NCBI GenBank assembly: GCA_965235115.1
Contig: OZ249436.1
Coordinates: forward strand, 1,056,001-1,120,000
DNA: 64,000 nt
Source of the DNA: Laetmonice hystrix
Taxonomy: Eukaryota
Reading direction: 5' to 3'
This document shows, piece after piece, positions 11,208 through 25,300 of this stretch. Position 1 is the stretch's first letter, and each line of letters starts with the position of its first letter. A program made the position numbers and the translations under genes. The notes below the pieces were generated by a model. That model was not told where the DNA came from, ran no database searches, and saw only the letters and a program-made list of their open reading frames with translations.

Positions 11208-13270
11208 CTAGCTAGTGCCATCACGTAGCGCTGAAAGTAGTTTCCCCAAGGTATTTGTTCCTTTGTAGCTACTAGTCTTGAGCAGAGGAGAGGTAATGGA
11301 GCACCCAGCTCCCCAATAGGAGTCCGCGGTGGCCTCAACAAGGTCAAATCCAGCTGTCGCAAGCAGAGCCTCTCGCAGGGCGGGATGCGAGTTGAATTTT
11401 GCCATGAGTGCAGTTTGCATTGTGGGTTCCCGGCGATTAATCCATGAGGAGCCCTGCTTTATTTTCACTTTATCCCCGAGTTTTTTTATCCTGGCTGGAT
11501 CGGTGGATTTCATGATGGCGTCTGCGATTTCATCATTACCTTCATTTAGTGCTTTCATGTGCTGAGAGGCTTGCTCAACACATAGGTAGGAGTTTCCATT
11601 GACAACAATTTCACCCGGGTAAAAGTTGGATAGAGGAGAATAGCGCGATGCAAAAGCAATTTCTTTATCATTAACCTTCAGAGTCTTTGCAGAACTGAGT
11701 GACAACCTTTCTGGGAGATGATGAAAAGAATTGAAGGAGTAGCGCTTGCCGTCCACCGTGCACTGATCAGATTGAGCCTTGGCCTCGATTCCCTTGCTTT
11801 TGGCAAAGTTCACCACTGACCTGATCGCTCCCCTCCTTTCCTTGATTTGGCTCGGTAGATCCTCGTTTATCCAGATTGTGGGGAGACGTCCCTTAAGTTT
11901 TGTCCGGGCCATGAACACAGCGTCGCGATCCAGATGGCGGGGAAAACGAACGAGTATAGAGCGATGGAGTCCTTTGTGAGGTTTGCCTATTCTATGTATT
12001 TTGTCTAGGTCTTTGTCGCCTAGGCCAATTCCCAATTCTTTGTTAATTAGGTTAAGGATTATGTTGCGCACGTTTTCAGTTTCAGTTTCAGGAACATTGT
12101 CAATAAGGAGGTTATGACGACGGCTGTACAACTCCAGTTGAGTAAAGTCTTCTCTCAACAATGCCAATTCAGCTTCAAAACATGCTGATTTCTTTTTTTC
12201 CTTTTCCAGCTCGGTTTTCAAGGAGGTTATATCTTCAACTGTAGAGCTGTAGCTGGAGTTTAATTTATTAAGTTTATCCGTGACAGATTTAAGTTCATGT
12301 TTAACTTCGAGAGAAGAGCTAAGGAGGATGTTAATTTTCTCTTCCAGAGATGTTGATACGCCAGTAGGGTTAAGCCGGCCACACACCAAGGAAACTGGGT
12401 CAGTCGCAGAGACTGACCAGTTTTATGGCGCTAAGACTAGGTGTGTGCCCCCCGCACACACCGAGCCGACTCCCGACTGACAGTCGTTGATGCGATGGAT
12501 GCGCCCCACCCGGAAATTTTCCATACTAAGCATGCAACTACAGCGCGACATGTAGAACTTTGCTCAAACCACCAAAGTAAGCAGTTTGCGATTGCGCAAC
12601 TTCGAGTACGTCGTACAGGATCGAAAATTGATCAAATCCATCCAGGTGAAATGAATGGCACTTAAACAAATCATGCTATCCTGCCATGATACTGCCCCGG
12701 CTGTTAAGTTAAAATAGTCCTTCAATAATATAATTTAGTTTATAATTATGGAAAATGGACCCGAAATTTGTTGGTGGTTTGAGTCTGATGCATGTGCTTG
12801 CCATCCAGTGCTCCAACACAATGAGGAAAATTCCACTTTTCCTCAAACTCTGCTGCTACTTTCTTCCATGCCTCTCCATGTCCGTATGGACACTAGGCCT
12901 ATATGGATCACATGACACGAATCATCACATGGTACTTTGCGGAGCACTGATTGGCTTTTGCCTCTCAGCCGACTAAAGACTGCCGACTGTCAACACACAC
13001 CGAGTCGGGAGTCGGGAGTCGCAGTCTTTCATATTCAACATGTTTAATCTGAAAAACTGGCCGTCGCCGACTGGCAAAAACCGTCTCGTCGGGTCGTAGG
13101 CGCGCACACACCAAGGAAACTGTCCAGTCCGGTCGGGTCGGATGACCCAGTTTCTCTGGTGTGTGGCCGGCTTTAGTGTTCAGCAGTACCTGTGTATCAT
13201 TATCGCTGATCACAGAAGAGTTGGTGGATGGAGTGGTTCTCGTAGCCATTCTTCCTCTGCTGTATGCCAT
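11208..13270 (-). pseudogene. LINE ORF1-like (coiled coil plus RRM) protein fused to a NADAR/YbiA-like domain, interrupted by a MITE
   Basis: ORF 11208-12389 has ORF1-type motifs (LELYSRRHNLLIDNVPE..IHRIG..RSILVRF..INEDL), then NADAR motifs (PLSNFY..EQASQHMKA..KKLG..AKF..LREALLAT..LVEA..DSYWG.G..N.LGKLL..LR). Removing 12373-13172 plus one TTA joins MAYSRGRMATRTT..QVLLNT to NPTGVS in frame (419 aa). Confidence 0.8.
12373..13172. mobile_element. PIF/Harbinger-type MITE
   Basis: TIRs agccggccacacacca / tggtgtgtggccggct, with TTA on both sides (12370-72, 13173-75). Confidence 0.85.
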
Positions 13271-14671
13271 GCTTACAAGTCTATCACCAGTTGACGTGTG
13301 TATCTTGGGGTGCTATAAATACACATGAAACCTCTGCTGCTGGTGTGACCCATTCAATCAAGTGTGACTGGTTCAGGTATGGTGTGTTGCCCCATGGCCG
13401 CCCAGATCCAAGTCAAGGTAATAGCACCTACCAAAAAGTTACTTTCAAATTCTGGACAACACTACCAACGCTGTTCAAGATATCCATAACAGTCTTGCCA
13501 CGTCACTCTCACAGGCAAAATCCTCCGTTTAGGTCATGGTCTGGGGTCTTGAAGACAGTGAAAAAAACAGGGGGAAATATCCTCTGCTCCATTCCGCGTG
13601 CTGCGTGCTGCGTGCTCACTTCTCACTTCTTACATGATTTCTTACATGATTACTGTCCTATAGGTTTTTTAGACTAATAGTTAAAAAATGACCACCAATT
13701 TTCTCCTGAAACTCGGTGACAAGATAAAGTGGATCAGGACTAATAGTTTAAAACAAAATAAATTGGGGGTCACCGAATCAACAAAACAGTTACAGCCTGC
13801 CAAACAGTCAGTGCCTTGGTAAAACGCGGGTCTTAACTGTAGCATTCAATGGAGTAGACAGGTTCTGGCACACAGTTTGGTTCATCGTTTAAAATATACT
13901 ACTGATTTCCACATCAAACTAGTTGACTGCATAAATAAGCCAAACATTTTTCTGTTAAAGCTCACTACGCGGCGCTTTGAACACTCACATTTCCCTCGTG
14001 GTACCAACGCGACTCACTAGGTGGCGCTTTGAACACTCACATTTCCCTTTAATTGGTGCATACTACGCTCACGTACATAGGTCAAATGCATTTAGACTTA
14101 TTTCCAACCCCCTGCCCCAGACTACAGCGATTCTGTTCTCAAAACAGTTAAAAGGAGCCAATTACATCTTATGTTGGAAACATATATACCTGCATGTTTG
14201 CAAATTCATCTCCAGATGCCAATCATATTTGGTAGATTTGCGAGCTAGGACCTAGTTCTCCCTAAAGGTCAAAGGTCGCGAAGTGTCAGTTTTAGGCAAT
14301 TGTAAATTCCTAATATGTACTTCGAAATGACCCCCAATATCAGAAACACGCTGTTTTACATACTGTCCAATAAATAAATTATCCAATTAATAATAACTAA
14401 AGAAATAGAAACTGCACTGCGCTCTACAGGGCTCGATGGTGGGTTGACCATTCATGTTTCGCTCCTCCGAAAAAAAATCTCCCTTTCTGACATTACCCAG
14501 AGTTGGCAGGTAGTGTATGACGACCGCTAGGTGGCGTTGCACACCCATCAAGCCGATCGAGGGACTGTCTGTCTGACATCGATAAATGCATGAACGTCAC
14601 ACGTACGTCAGCAGTCAGGCGGCGCGGTCGTCGTGGTGTTTACAAACAAGTAGGCAGGACTTCTGTTCAAA

Positions 14672-17600
14672 ATGTGGCGCCGTTACGTTGGCTTCCTGTT
14701 ACTTGTTTCTGCAGTGAATTCTCAGGAAGGTAAGTTATCCATTCCTACTGAGTGATGATCCATTTCGGCAAAGCGTTGGCCCATTCTTGCTGAATGATGA
14801 TCCATTCAGCTGACCAAGATTACTGAAAACAGCACAAATCGACATCAGCCCCATTCATTGATAAAACATTCTCCCATAATGGAAGATATATACCTACATG
14901 ATGTTTTCCTTATGCCCAGGACTGCCCATCCAGGGGACCGTTACATTAAACATTCTTATTTTACGACCTTGTATTTTCTGTAGATCATAAAAGTAAAATG
15001 TAGGAGTTTTTTTCTTGTTTACGAGCTAAGGCCTTAATTATACAAGCTCGTATACAGTTTTAGTGAAACGAACTCCAGATTTACAAATTAGCTAAGTTAT
15101 ACAAGGAATACTTCCATTCAGTTGGAACAATGTCATTTATTTCATTATAATGTCACCTGCCAACAGGTACGCGGCAGGGGGACGAGGCATCTTGCGTCGA
15201 CAGATGTGATGAGGCATATTTTCCGGGAAAGACTTGCTACTGCAATGAGGCGTGCTTCCAGTTCGAAAATTGTTGTTTTAACTATTACAACCTCTGCTAT
15301 CGTAAGTATCTAACAGGGTAACATAATTAAATTTCAGCAAAGTATTTCAAAAAGATTTCTTTGGAAATGTAAATAGCCAGCGGTTCGATATGTAGACCGT
15401 GAGGGGGGTTCCGACTGCGCCCTCTCGAATACGGCTGCGGCGAATAAGAGTCTGGGGGTCCGTTTCTGTACTTAGGGAAAGATGTCTTTGCGCAAAGAGT
15501 CTTTCAAAAGAGTCTTTTCGAAACCAGTGTTAAAGAATAGAGTCCACTGGCGGATCCAGGGGGTCCCTAAAATTTTGCAGATACACACATTTTAACTTAA
15601 CATTATAATTTAGTAGGTTTTTTTTCTTTCAGTCGCACGATAAAAACCACCTAAAAAGTTTTTTGCCTCGTTACGCTCGGCATGATTTCATGCTATAGCC
15701 AAAGTTGCTGTTGGACTTGAGGAGGCCCTTTTGCCCTTGGTCACATTGGTCATTGAATAGCTTATTTTGTGCTCCAAAATGCATCGGATTGCAACAAATT
15801 ACACCTTGAATTTCAAAGTGGGGATGCCCTCTGATCCCCCTGGAAAGGCTTCGCGCCTTCGGCGCTTGCAGACTTCGGGCCTTCGGCGCTCGTACAGTCA
15901 CGTCTGTGTTACCCCTATAGACACGTTGACCCCCCCCCCTAACGGAAAAAGCTGGATCCGCCTCTGTAGAGTGTTATAGAAACACCATGCGCCGCAAAGA
16001 CTCTGGGTTCAACGAGGGTCTCAAAGAGTCTTTTTGGGCTTTATAGAAACGCACCCATATTTCTCTGTTTTCACCATATAATAGCTTTAATGTTCTTCAG
16101 ATGACTATATAGACCGTACGAATCTTTTTATAGATATGAATGTTTTTTCCCCTGCAGCTGACGCCATAATCCCGGATGAGTGGCAAGATTTTGGAAACCA
16201 TTCTTATAAATTCTATGAGGATAATACAATGACGGCCTCGAGGGCCATGGCCGCCTGCCGGACGGAAGGCGCAATGCTTGTAAGCGTCAACACTGAGGAG
16301 GAGGGCGCGTTCCTGGCACGGAGCATTCTGCGTATGCGTGTCATGAGCGCGTTCATTGGAGGCTCAGACGCTGCTCAAGGTCAGATCATGTTAAAAACCG
16401 ACTTTTAGGCACAATGATATCCTTAATATAAATTGCTCCACAATAGTTTCTAAATGACTGATTCTCTTGGCAAAGCTTTGTTTTTCATCTTATTCAACGA
16501 ATTGATTTTGCGAAAATTTACCAAACATTTGTTAGGAACACCAATTATAATGGGAAGTTAAGGTGCATTAGTTGTCTCCCGAATTATCGCCGCGGTGGTA
16601 ATAATTACCGCCGCGGTGGTAATAATTACCGCCGCGGTGGTAATAATTAGGCCTACCACCGAGGTGGGAATTATTACCCCGTGGTGGTAATTCGGGAGAA
16701 AATTAGCTTTGCAGGAACAAAATTATATTATATATTAAGAAAAAAATCATAAATAGTATGAAGTTAATCGCATGTCCTATATAGGCCACCGTAGATGCAG
16801 GAATACAGTCTTCGCTTTCACAAATTCGACGTGTCTTCCACGTCTTCTGCATTTATAGAGGGACGCTGGATGTGGGCCGATGGAACGCGCATGCCACTGC
16901 CCAACGACCCGGCCTCGTCTTGGTACGAGGGCCAACCCGACGGCAGCGCCACCAACGGCCAGGACTGTACCATTCTGACGAGATACGCGTTCTGGGCCAC
17001 CGACAAATCGTCGTTACCATCCTTCTACTGGGTGGATCACACCTGTGACACGAATGCAAAACATGTGCAAGGCTATATCTGTGAACGCAAGTAACCGATT
17101 ACCACAAGATAGAAAGGATTATTTAATCAGAGGGCTTGATAAAATATTAACGCGCTTTTGTTGTGAAAGGTGGAGCGATGTTATACTGAATGCTGTAGGC
17201 CTAGCTGTATTAATTGTCCTTATTTTAGCGCAATATCGCAAGACTAAAAGGTTCTCTTCATTATGTAGTAGATCTACTTTGTCACACAAAAGTTGACACC
17301 CTAGCACGCAGAAACGTTAGATTGTTGGGTTGGTTCGTCCGGTGGTGGCTGAGTATCAACTCGAGATAACCTGCGCTCTGCAGAGCAGCAGTAACAATGG
17401 TGACATAGATGTAGCAGTTTGGTGCATGCAGCGATTCGTTACAGAGGTCCTTTAGCAATCGTACCCGAACATTCAGTCACACTGACCTGACCTTTGAACC
17501 AATAACACTCCCCGCTGACTACTAAAGGTCATATTCGGTCAGTGGCCCTCAGGTCGCGAGGAAGGAAAGAAGTAAATATCCCAGTTTTATTTCCCTGAGG

Positions 17601-19255
17601 CCAGTTCGCGCGGCACCGTATTGAGTGCGCAATTTGAAATTTGAGCTAATTGGAACGCTGCTATAACCACTGCCCTGTATAAATATCTTTTCATGTATAG
17701 TATGTACTAATTATGTTACAGGCACGAAAGCATGTTTCCCAAATCCATGTGAAAACAACGCGACTTGTCATTACGTGGCTGGAGACAAAGAATTCGCTTG
17801 TCAGTGCCAGACCAACTTTTTTGGAACGAGGTGTGAAATTGAATGTACGTATAATGTGAGGAGGTTCCCCTGAAACAATGTGACATGTTCGACCAACTTT
17901 TGATTTTTTTTTCGGTTTAAACGGTAAATTTTTCAGGGGTAGAATGATACGTATACTTTGAATGATAACAGACCTTCCTCTTATTATACTGTTTGTTGCT
18001 ATTTTTAGTTCTGCCAGGTCAAACGTGGACAGAGTGTGGGGTGACGTCACTAAGCGGTACCAGAGGGATTGTGACGTCACCACTCTGGCCCCTGCCTTAC
18101 CCACCCAATGTCAGATGTCAGTGGAAGGTCAAAGTCAGGGAAGGCAGAACCATTTCTCTAGAGTAAGTTAATTCCATAGCCGGAACTCGGGCTTTCTTTC
18201 TTCTAAAAATCCCAAACCACAATATAGTTACCTGGTTGATATGGGTGAAAAAGCCTATTTCGCTATATGCCTACATATCTTTAAAGGGAGCCGTAAAATT
18301 CATTTTTTCGATTTATGGCAGTCTTAGAAACATATGATTCGCATACCTTGGACTCCCAGTAACATCATGTGAGACTGTTATGGCCCAGCGACCAGTATTT
18401 AGTAAGGAAAATAATCCAAATCTCTCCCAAATACGTAGCTCAGAATTAGCGAGCGGCCCACAGGATATTTGAGTTGGCCTCGGTCGGGCGATGATGACGC
18501 GTGATCACGTGACTTCCGGGTGTGGAAGGGAATCTCCCTCTAGTCTAGCGTTGACCTAAATACCGCATGTACACCCGGAAGTCACGTGATCACGCGTCAT
18601 CATCGCCCGACCGCGGACAACTCAAATATCCTGTGGGCCGCTCGCTAATTCTGAGCTACGTATTTGCGAGAGATTTGGCATATTTTCCTTACTAAATACT
18701 GGTCGCTGGGCCATAACAGTCTCACATGATGTTACTGGGAGTCCAAGGTATGCGAATCATAATTATGTTTCTAAGACTGCCATAAATCGAAAAAATGAAT
18801 TTTACGGCTCCCTTTAACCGTTTGGTGACTATAATTGTAGGAATAAGCCTACAAAACCTAACACATAGACAGTCCCGTATAGCCATGCCGTATAGGCACT
18901 GGATCCCCGAACAAAGCTCTCCGCCTTCGGCGCTCAATGAGTTCCACCCCACTCTCCTAAGATCCCACCACAAACAAACCTGGCTACGGGCCTGATTGAA
19001 GCCTAACAACCATTTAATTTGAATGTAGCCTTAAGACTCTAGATCTTGAAGGAGGGAAGGACTGCCTCCACGACTCACTTGTAATCTATGATGGCGCGAA
19101 TGTAACGTCCCCAATACTCCGGGGGCCGATGTGTGGAACTGCCAACCAGACATCAGCCGACATCACGTCAGTATTCTCACCCATTCTCAGTGAGACAGAG
19201 AGAGTTAGAGAGAGGGAAGAAAAATCAAATAGAGAGAGAGGGAGAGAGAGAGAGA

Positions 19256-19305
<50 letters not shown>

Positions 19306-22300
19306 GAGTGTGTGAGAGGGAGAGGGAGAGAGGAAATAGTGAGAGAGATAGAGAGGGAAAGAGAGAGGAGAGAGCGAGAGAGGGCAACTTCATTAATGAT
19401 AGTTATAGATAGGGAGAAATGATATTATTGTAGGTGAGCTACTTTCTCCTGGCTTCTCCTGACCATAGACCAGAATGGAGAGGTCATAACGGAACACTAT
19501 TACTGTTTGCTTTCACTGGCGTCTATCCCCTAACAATCATATTATTGTATACCGTACATTTACATATAGACAGATGATATACACCCGGACAAACCAAGTC
19601 ACACTGCAGATGATAACAGACCGGTCGATTACAGGAAATGGCTTCATGATTGGCTTCAGTGAAGATGGTAAATAGCTTTGACAAAATAATCAGACCTCGT
19701 ACATAAGTGGGAGATTCAGGGTACATGACAATAGTATTTGTGATATATCTAAAAAAACACATGATAAAGATGAAGCGTGCCTAGAACGCTCGCCGTTCTT
19801 TGGTCCCAGACATCGAATAGCGTCCCAACATGTCCCAATATCTAGGACATTTGAAAAACGTTGGAGTATATTCACGATTTGAGGTTTGTTTTTGGACAGA
19901 ATGTGGGACAGGAAGTGGAGACTCTGGGTGCGGGACAGCCAAGACGTTCACCTCGAACTGTGGACGAATATCAATCCAGGACACTCCGAGATTGACAGAT
20001 TGTTCCTGGTCAATCACAGTCCAGCAAGGTCACTCCATCAACCTGACCTTTGCCGATTTCCGAATTGAAGATACAGGTTAGCGAACAACTACATGCTGTC
20101 GACATATCCTGTGCCCGACTTAAGCCAACCATCTTTAACTATGTATATCTAATTCTAAATGTAGGCATAGATAATGACAAGACAGAGAGGATATATCGGG
20201 TACCGTAGGCAAAAAAAAACAACAAAAAACCCTGGAACATTCTTTTCCTGACTAAAGGGCGGATTCCACATAAAAGATCAGCCGTCCGATTGTGTCAGCC
20301 GAATTTCCATCGGTCGGCTAAAGATCGGATGGGTCGCAAGCCGACCAAATTTCAGCCGAACGTCGATTCCACATAATCCTTGCTGGCCGTCCGATTTCTC
20401 AGCCGAATGTCACTTGGTTTGAATGGTGCTTATTGGTCATTTTTCAAATTCAATATTTATTTAAAGAAAGGAAATGTAGCACTGCCATATGTTTCTTCTG
20501 CCACTGAAAGTTGGCCAAATTTCAATTTTTGCACGCGCGCTCGATCACATGTGATTATAAACGTCTGGAAGACTAGAATTCATGAGAGGGTTAAGGCGGG
20601 CTCACACAAAGCAGACCGGCAGATTTGGTGATCGGGTGACAAAATCGGCCGATCGGGTGAGATTGGAATCGGTCGGCTGGTACAACAATCTGTTGAGATT
20701 CATGGCCCACACTGCCCCGATTGCCATAGGATCGCCAGATTGTCGGCCCACACATGGCCAATTTTGGCGGAGCGGGCCTTTTTACCTGTTTTTACTCATT
20801 AGAAGATGAAGAAAGACGGCAACGCAGGAGGAGACTTTTTGGGGGGAGACCCGGTTACAGAGAAAGAAAAGAGTTCAAATACGATGGTGAAACTGTACCG
20901 GGAAATCATGAATACAAATATAGAAACATTTTTGCCGGTAGTTAGATCCTACCCGAACTTTCTAAATGTATCGGCTAGCCTTAGCATATTTATGGTCCCT
21001 ATTTCTACTGACACATGTAGATCCAAACACTCCAATCAAGTTTTTTGTCGTAGTGTAGGTGCTAGAATTATTACATGCTGCTGGTATAGGCCTACTATAG
21101 CCTTAATAATAATATGATTAACCAAATGACTCCTAGTGACTGGAACAATTATGATGAGGTTTACAGTATTCAAACATTTCACAATATTTAGAGTAATAAA
21201 GGGCCATTCCATGTCAAATCACCCAATGGGAAAAATGACCCCACCCCCTTCGAAACTTGCTATATATGCTTAGTGTGGCTAATGTGGGGCAGTTACTTGA
21301 GTGATGTGGGGCAGTGACGTGAATGATGTGGGGCAGTGACTTGAGTGATGTGGGGCAGTGACATGAGTGATGTGAAGTAGCTAGTGACTTGAGTGATGTG
21401 GGGCAGTGACATGAGTGATGTGGGGCAGTGACGTGAGTGATGTGGGGAGTGACGTGAGTGATGTGGGGCAGTGACGTGAGTGATGTGGGGCAGAGACTTG
21501 AGTGATGTGGGGAGTGACGTGAGTGATGTGGGGCAGTGACTTTAGTGATGTGGGGCAGTGACTTGAGTGATGTGGGGCAGTGACGTGAGTGATGTGAAGT
21601 AGCTAGTGACTTGAGTGATATGGGGCAGTGACGTGAGTGATGTGGGGAGTGACGTGAGTGATGTGGGGAGTGACTTGAGTGATGTGGGGCAGTGACATGA
21701 GTGATGTGGGGCAGTGACTTGAGTGATGTGGGGCAGTGACGTGAGTGATGTGGGGCAGTGACTTTAGTGATGTGGGGCAGTGACTTGAGTGATGTGGGGC
21801 AGTGACGTGAGTGATGTGAAGTAGCTAGTGACTTGAGTGATATGGGGCAGTGACGTGAGTGATGTGGGGAGTGACGTGAGTGATGTGGGGCAGTGACGTG
21901 AGTGATGTGGGCAGAGACTTGAGTGATGTGGAGCAGTGACATGAGAGATGTGGGGCAGTGACTTGAGTGATGTGGGGCAGTGACGTGAGTGATGTGGGGA
22001 GTGACGTGAGTGATGTGGGGCAGTGACGTGAGTGATGCGGGGCAGTGACTTGAGTGATGTGGGGCAGTGACGTGAGTGATGCGGGGCAGTGACTTGAGTG
22101 ATGTGGGGCAGTGACGTGAGTGATGTGGGGCAGTGACTTGAGTGATGTGGGGCAGTGACGTGAGTGATGTGGGGCAGTGACGTGAGTGATGTGGGGCAGT
22201 GACATGACAGATGTGGGGCAGTGACTTGAGTGATGTGGGGCAGTGACTTTAGTGATGTGGGGCAGAGACTTGAGTGATGTGGGGCAGTGACTTGAGTGAT

Positions 22301-25300
22301 GTGGGGCAGTGACGTGAGTGATGTGGGGGTGGTGACGTGAGTGATGTGGGGAGTGACGTGAGTGATGTGGGGCAGTGACGTGAGTGATGCGGGGCAGTGA
22401 CTTGAGTGATGTGGGGCAGTGACGTGAGTGATGCGGGGCAGTGACTTGAGTGATGTGGGGCAGTGACGTGAGTGATGTGGGGCAGTGACTTGAGTGATGT
22501 GGGGCAGTGACGTGAGTGATGTGGGGCAGTGACGTGAGTGATGTGGGGCAGTGACATGACAGATGTGGGGCAGTGACTTGAGTGATGTGGGGAGTGACGT
22601 GAGTGATGTGGGGCAGTGACTTGAGTGATGTGGGGCAGTGACGTGAGTGATGTGGGGGTGGTGACGTGAGTGATGTGGGGAGTGACTTGAGTGATGTGGG
22701 GAGTGACGTGAGTGATGTGGGGCAGTGACGTGAGTGATGTGGGGAGTGACGTGAGTGATGTGGGGCAGTGACGTGAGTGATGTGGGGAAGTGACGTTAGT
22801 GATGTGGGGAGTGACGTGAGTGATGTGGGGAGTGACGTGAGTGATGTGGGGCAGTGACGTGAGTGATGTGGGGAGTGACTTGAGTGATGTGGGAAGTGAC
22901 GTGAGTGATGTGGGGAGTGACGTGAGTGACGTAAGTGCTACCACTGCTACCACTTTCAGAATACATTAATCTGATGGCAATCTGCTCGTCACAATCGAGC
23001 AATTGCGCATTCGCGCATATTTTTGGTATAATCGGCTGATGGCCTATACTGGACAGATTTTTACTCCCGATTGCATAGAAGACCCCCGTGGCCCCCGCCT
23101 GGCCACGTGTAGAAAAAATGATAGAGGTCTAATGTTCAATTCTGCATCAGATACTATAGAGTCTCTGGACATTCTCAGCAGATTCATGAATCGTCGCCGT
23201 AAATATCAAAACATTTTAATATTGTCGGCGAAAGCAAAAATGGCATCCGATCACCAGACCGATTCCCCTCAGACAGCCGATCATCGATTCCACATAAACG
23301 ATTTCTCAGCCGAATTCGGCTGGGCCAAAACTTTGTTCGCCGATCGCAAATCGCCTGGAAAATCGGCTCTGTGGAATCAATTTATCATGATCGGCGAGAG
23401 GAAAATGGCACGCCGATCACCAGCCGAATTCGGCTGAGACAGCCGATCATCGACTCCACATAAACGATTTCTCAGCCGAATTCGGCGGGGCCAAAATTTT
23501 GTTCGCCGATCGCAAATCGCCTGGAAAATCGGCTATGTGGATTCCAGCCTTAAGTAAAGGAAAGAGTGTTCCATTTTTTGGGCCCACCCGATATATAAAC
23601 AACGTATATAGGCCTCTGCTAAGTTAAGACATTGTTAACTCAGGGGTGGATCCAACTGGGGTTGGGGGGGGGGGGGTGTTGTATGTTTGCAACCTTTTAA
23701 GCAGAAAAAAGAGAAATTACTTCGTAAGGGGGGGGGGGGACATACCCAACCCCCCTCCCGATCCGCCCCTGTAATTGCGTACTATCCATATCCACATCTA
23801 TTTACCCTGGGATGTAAAAAGTGCTAGATGTTGACAAGATGTTGGTAAAATCCTTTCAGGTATGGGATGTGAGAATGGCGGCCTGGCGGTGTATGACGGG
23901 CGGTATTCTCCTCCAACATCGATCAGGAAATACTGCGGGCTGCAGTTCCCGTGGTCAATACAACTGGAAACCAATACCATTCTGATCCGACTGGAAAACG
24001 TCACGTGGCAGACCGGGGATCATGTCATGGCGATGATATTTGAATCACTAGGTAGATGATCTGGGGGAAACTCGTTGTTGGTATGTCTCTGCATACGTGT
24101 GCATGCTGTAGATGTGACTAGGCCCCTATTGCTTTGAATAAATGCGGCAAATCGGTCTCGTAAACCGGAACTACCTTCTCATACTCCCGGAAACGGAAGA
24201 GGCGTCCTTACTGATAAGTGGACAAGGATGGGATATTCCATCTATTCAGGTAAACTGTAAAATTCTGATGTAAAATGGAAATGTAGAGAGTCAATACTTA
24301 TTTCAGCATCAGCCGATTGGATAAAGCGCGCCCCCGTACAGGAAGTAGAGGGCGCCAGTGGTTTTATATCGTCTGCTGAGTCCCCGGATGTTGTGGAGAC
24401 ACGTGAGGCAGTCTCCCAGCAGTGGATTGTTAGAGTTCCGGTTGGACACAAAGTCTCCCTACAGTGGAGTTTCAGCGCCACTAACAACGCCGCCATCCAG
24501 GTATACTCGAGCGCAATGATGATAAAATATCTAAGTTTGAGCAAATCTACGACCTCCAGGCTTAAAATTAGTTGCTAGCCAACGGGCGTAAATAGGGACT
24601 TTACTAGCCCATCATACAGTTTGGATTAGGCCCTACACATTAGGAGGTTAGGACCTGTTTTATCCCCCCCCCCCTTTGAAACGGAAAAGATTAGCTTATA
24701 CTCGAGCAGATATTCATTCTATGGTATGGTTATATTCCACGACCACGGGTGGTCTTCTCCGCATCTACAGGGTCTTATGGTCTACTACATTTTTTGTCGA
24801 TGAGTTAAACATTTTTCATGGCAGGTCATTTTACAGATTGGTGTCAATTCCTACAAGGTATAACTACTAGAGCAGAGGTGTCGGATGTGGGTATACACTA
24901 GGCCTACTTGCGGTACCTTTCCCGCCTGTAGATTTGTCAAAACAATAAGATCTCATCTTCCTGAAAAAGCTCAATAATAACAAGTTTAATTCTTGACGCG
25001 AAGAGATCAGAAATTTACCATGTCCAGCCGCTTTCCGATAGCTTTCAGATGTCCATTCCAAGTGGTCTGCGGAAATTCTGATATTGCGACCCTTACTGCT
25101 ACTTGTGGCTGATGTACGCATGCAATTGTAGTCGATTTCCAATTGACATGCAGATATACGATGGTTCGTCGCCAACATCAGATATTATTGTCAGTGAGGG
25201 AGTGCACACACTTGGGCGGAAGTTAAATCTGACAGGACATATCCTGTCTACCGGGTTTCAAGTGTTCATTGTCGCCACACGATCAAAGGATGGTGGGAAA

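Noticed and set aside
21214..22953. His/Thr/Ser-rich ORFs
   Set aside because: Translations of the 21-bp minisatellite.
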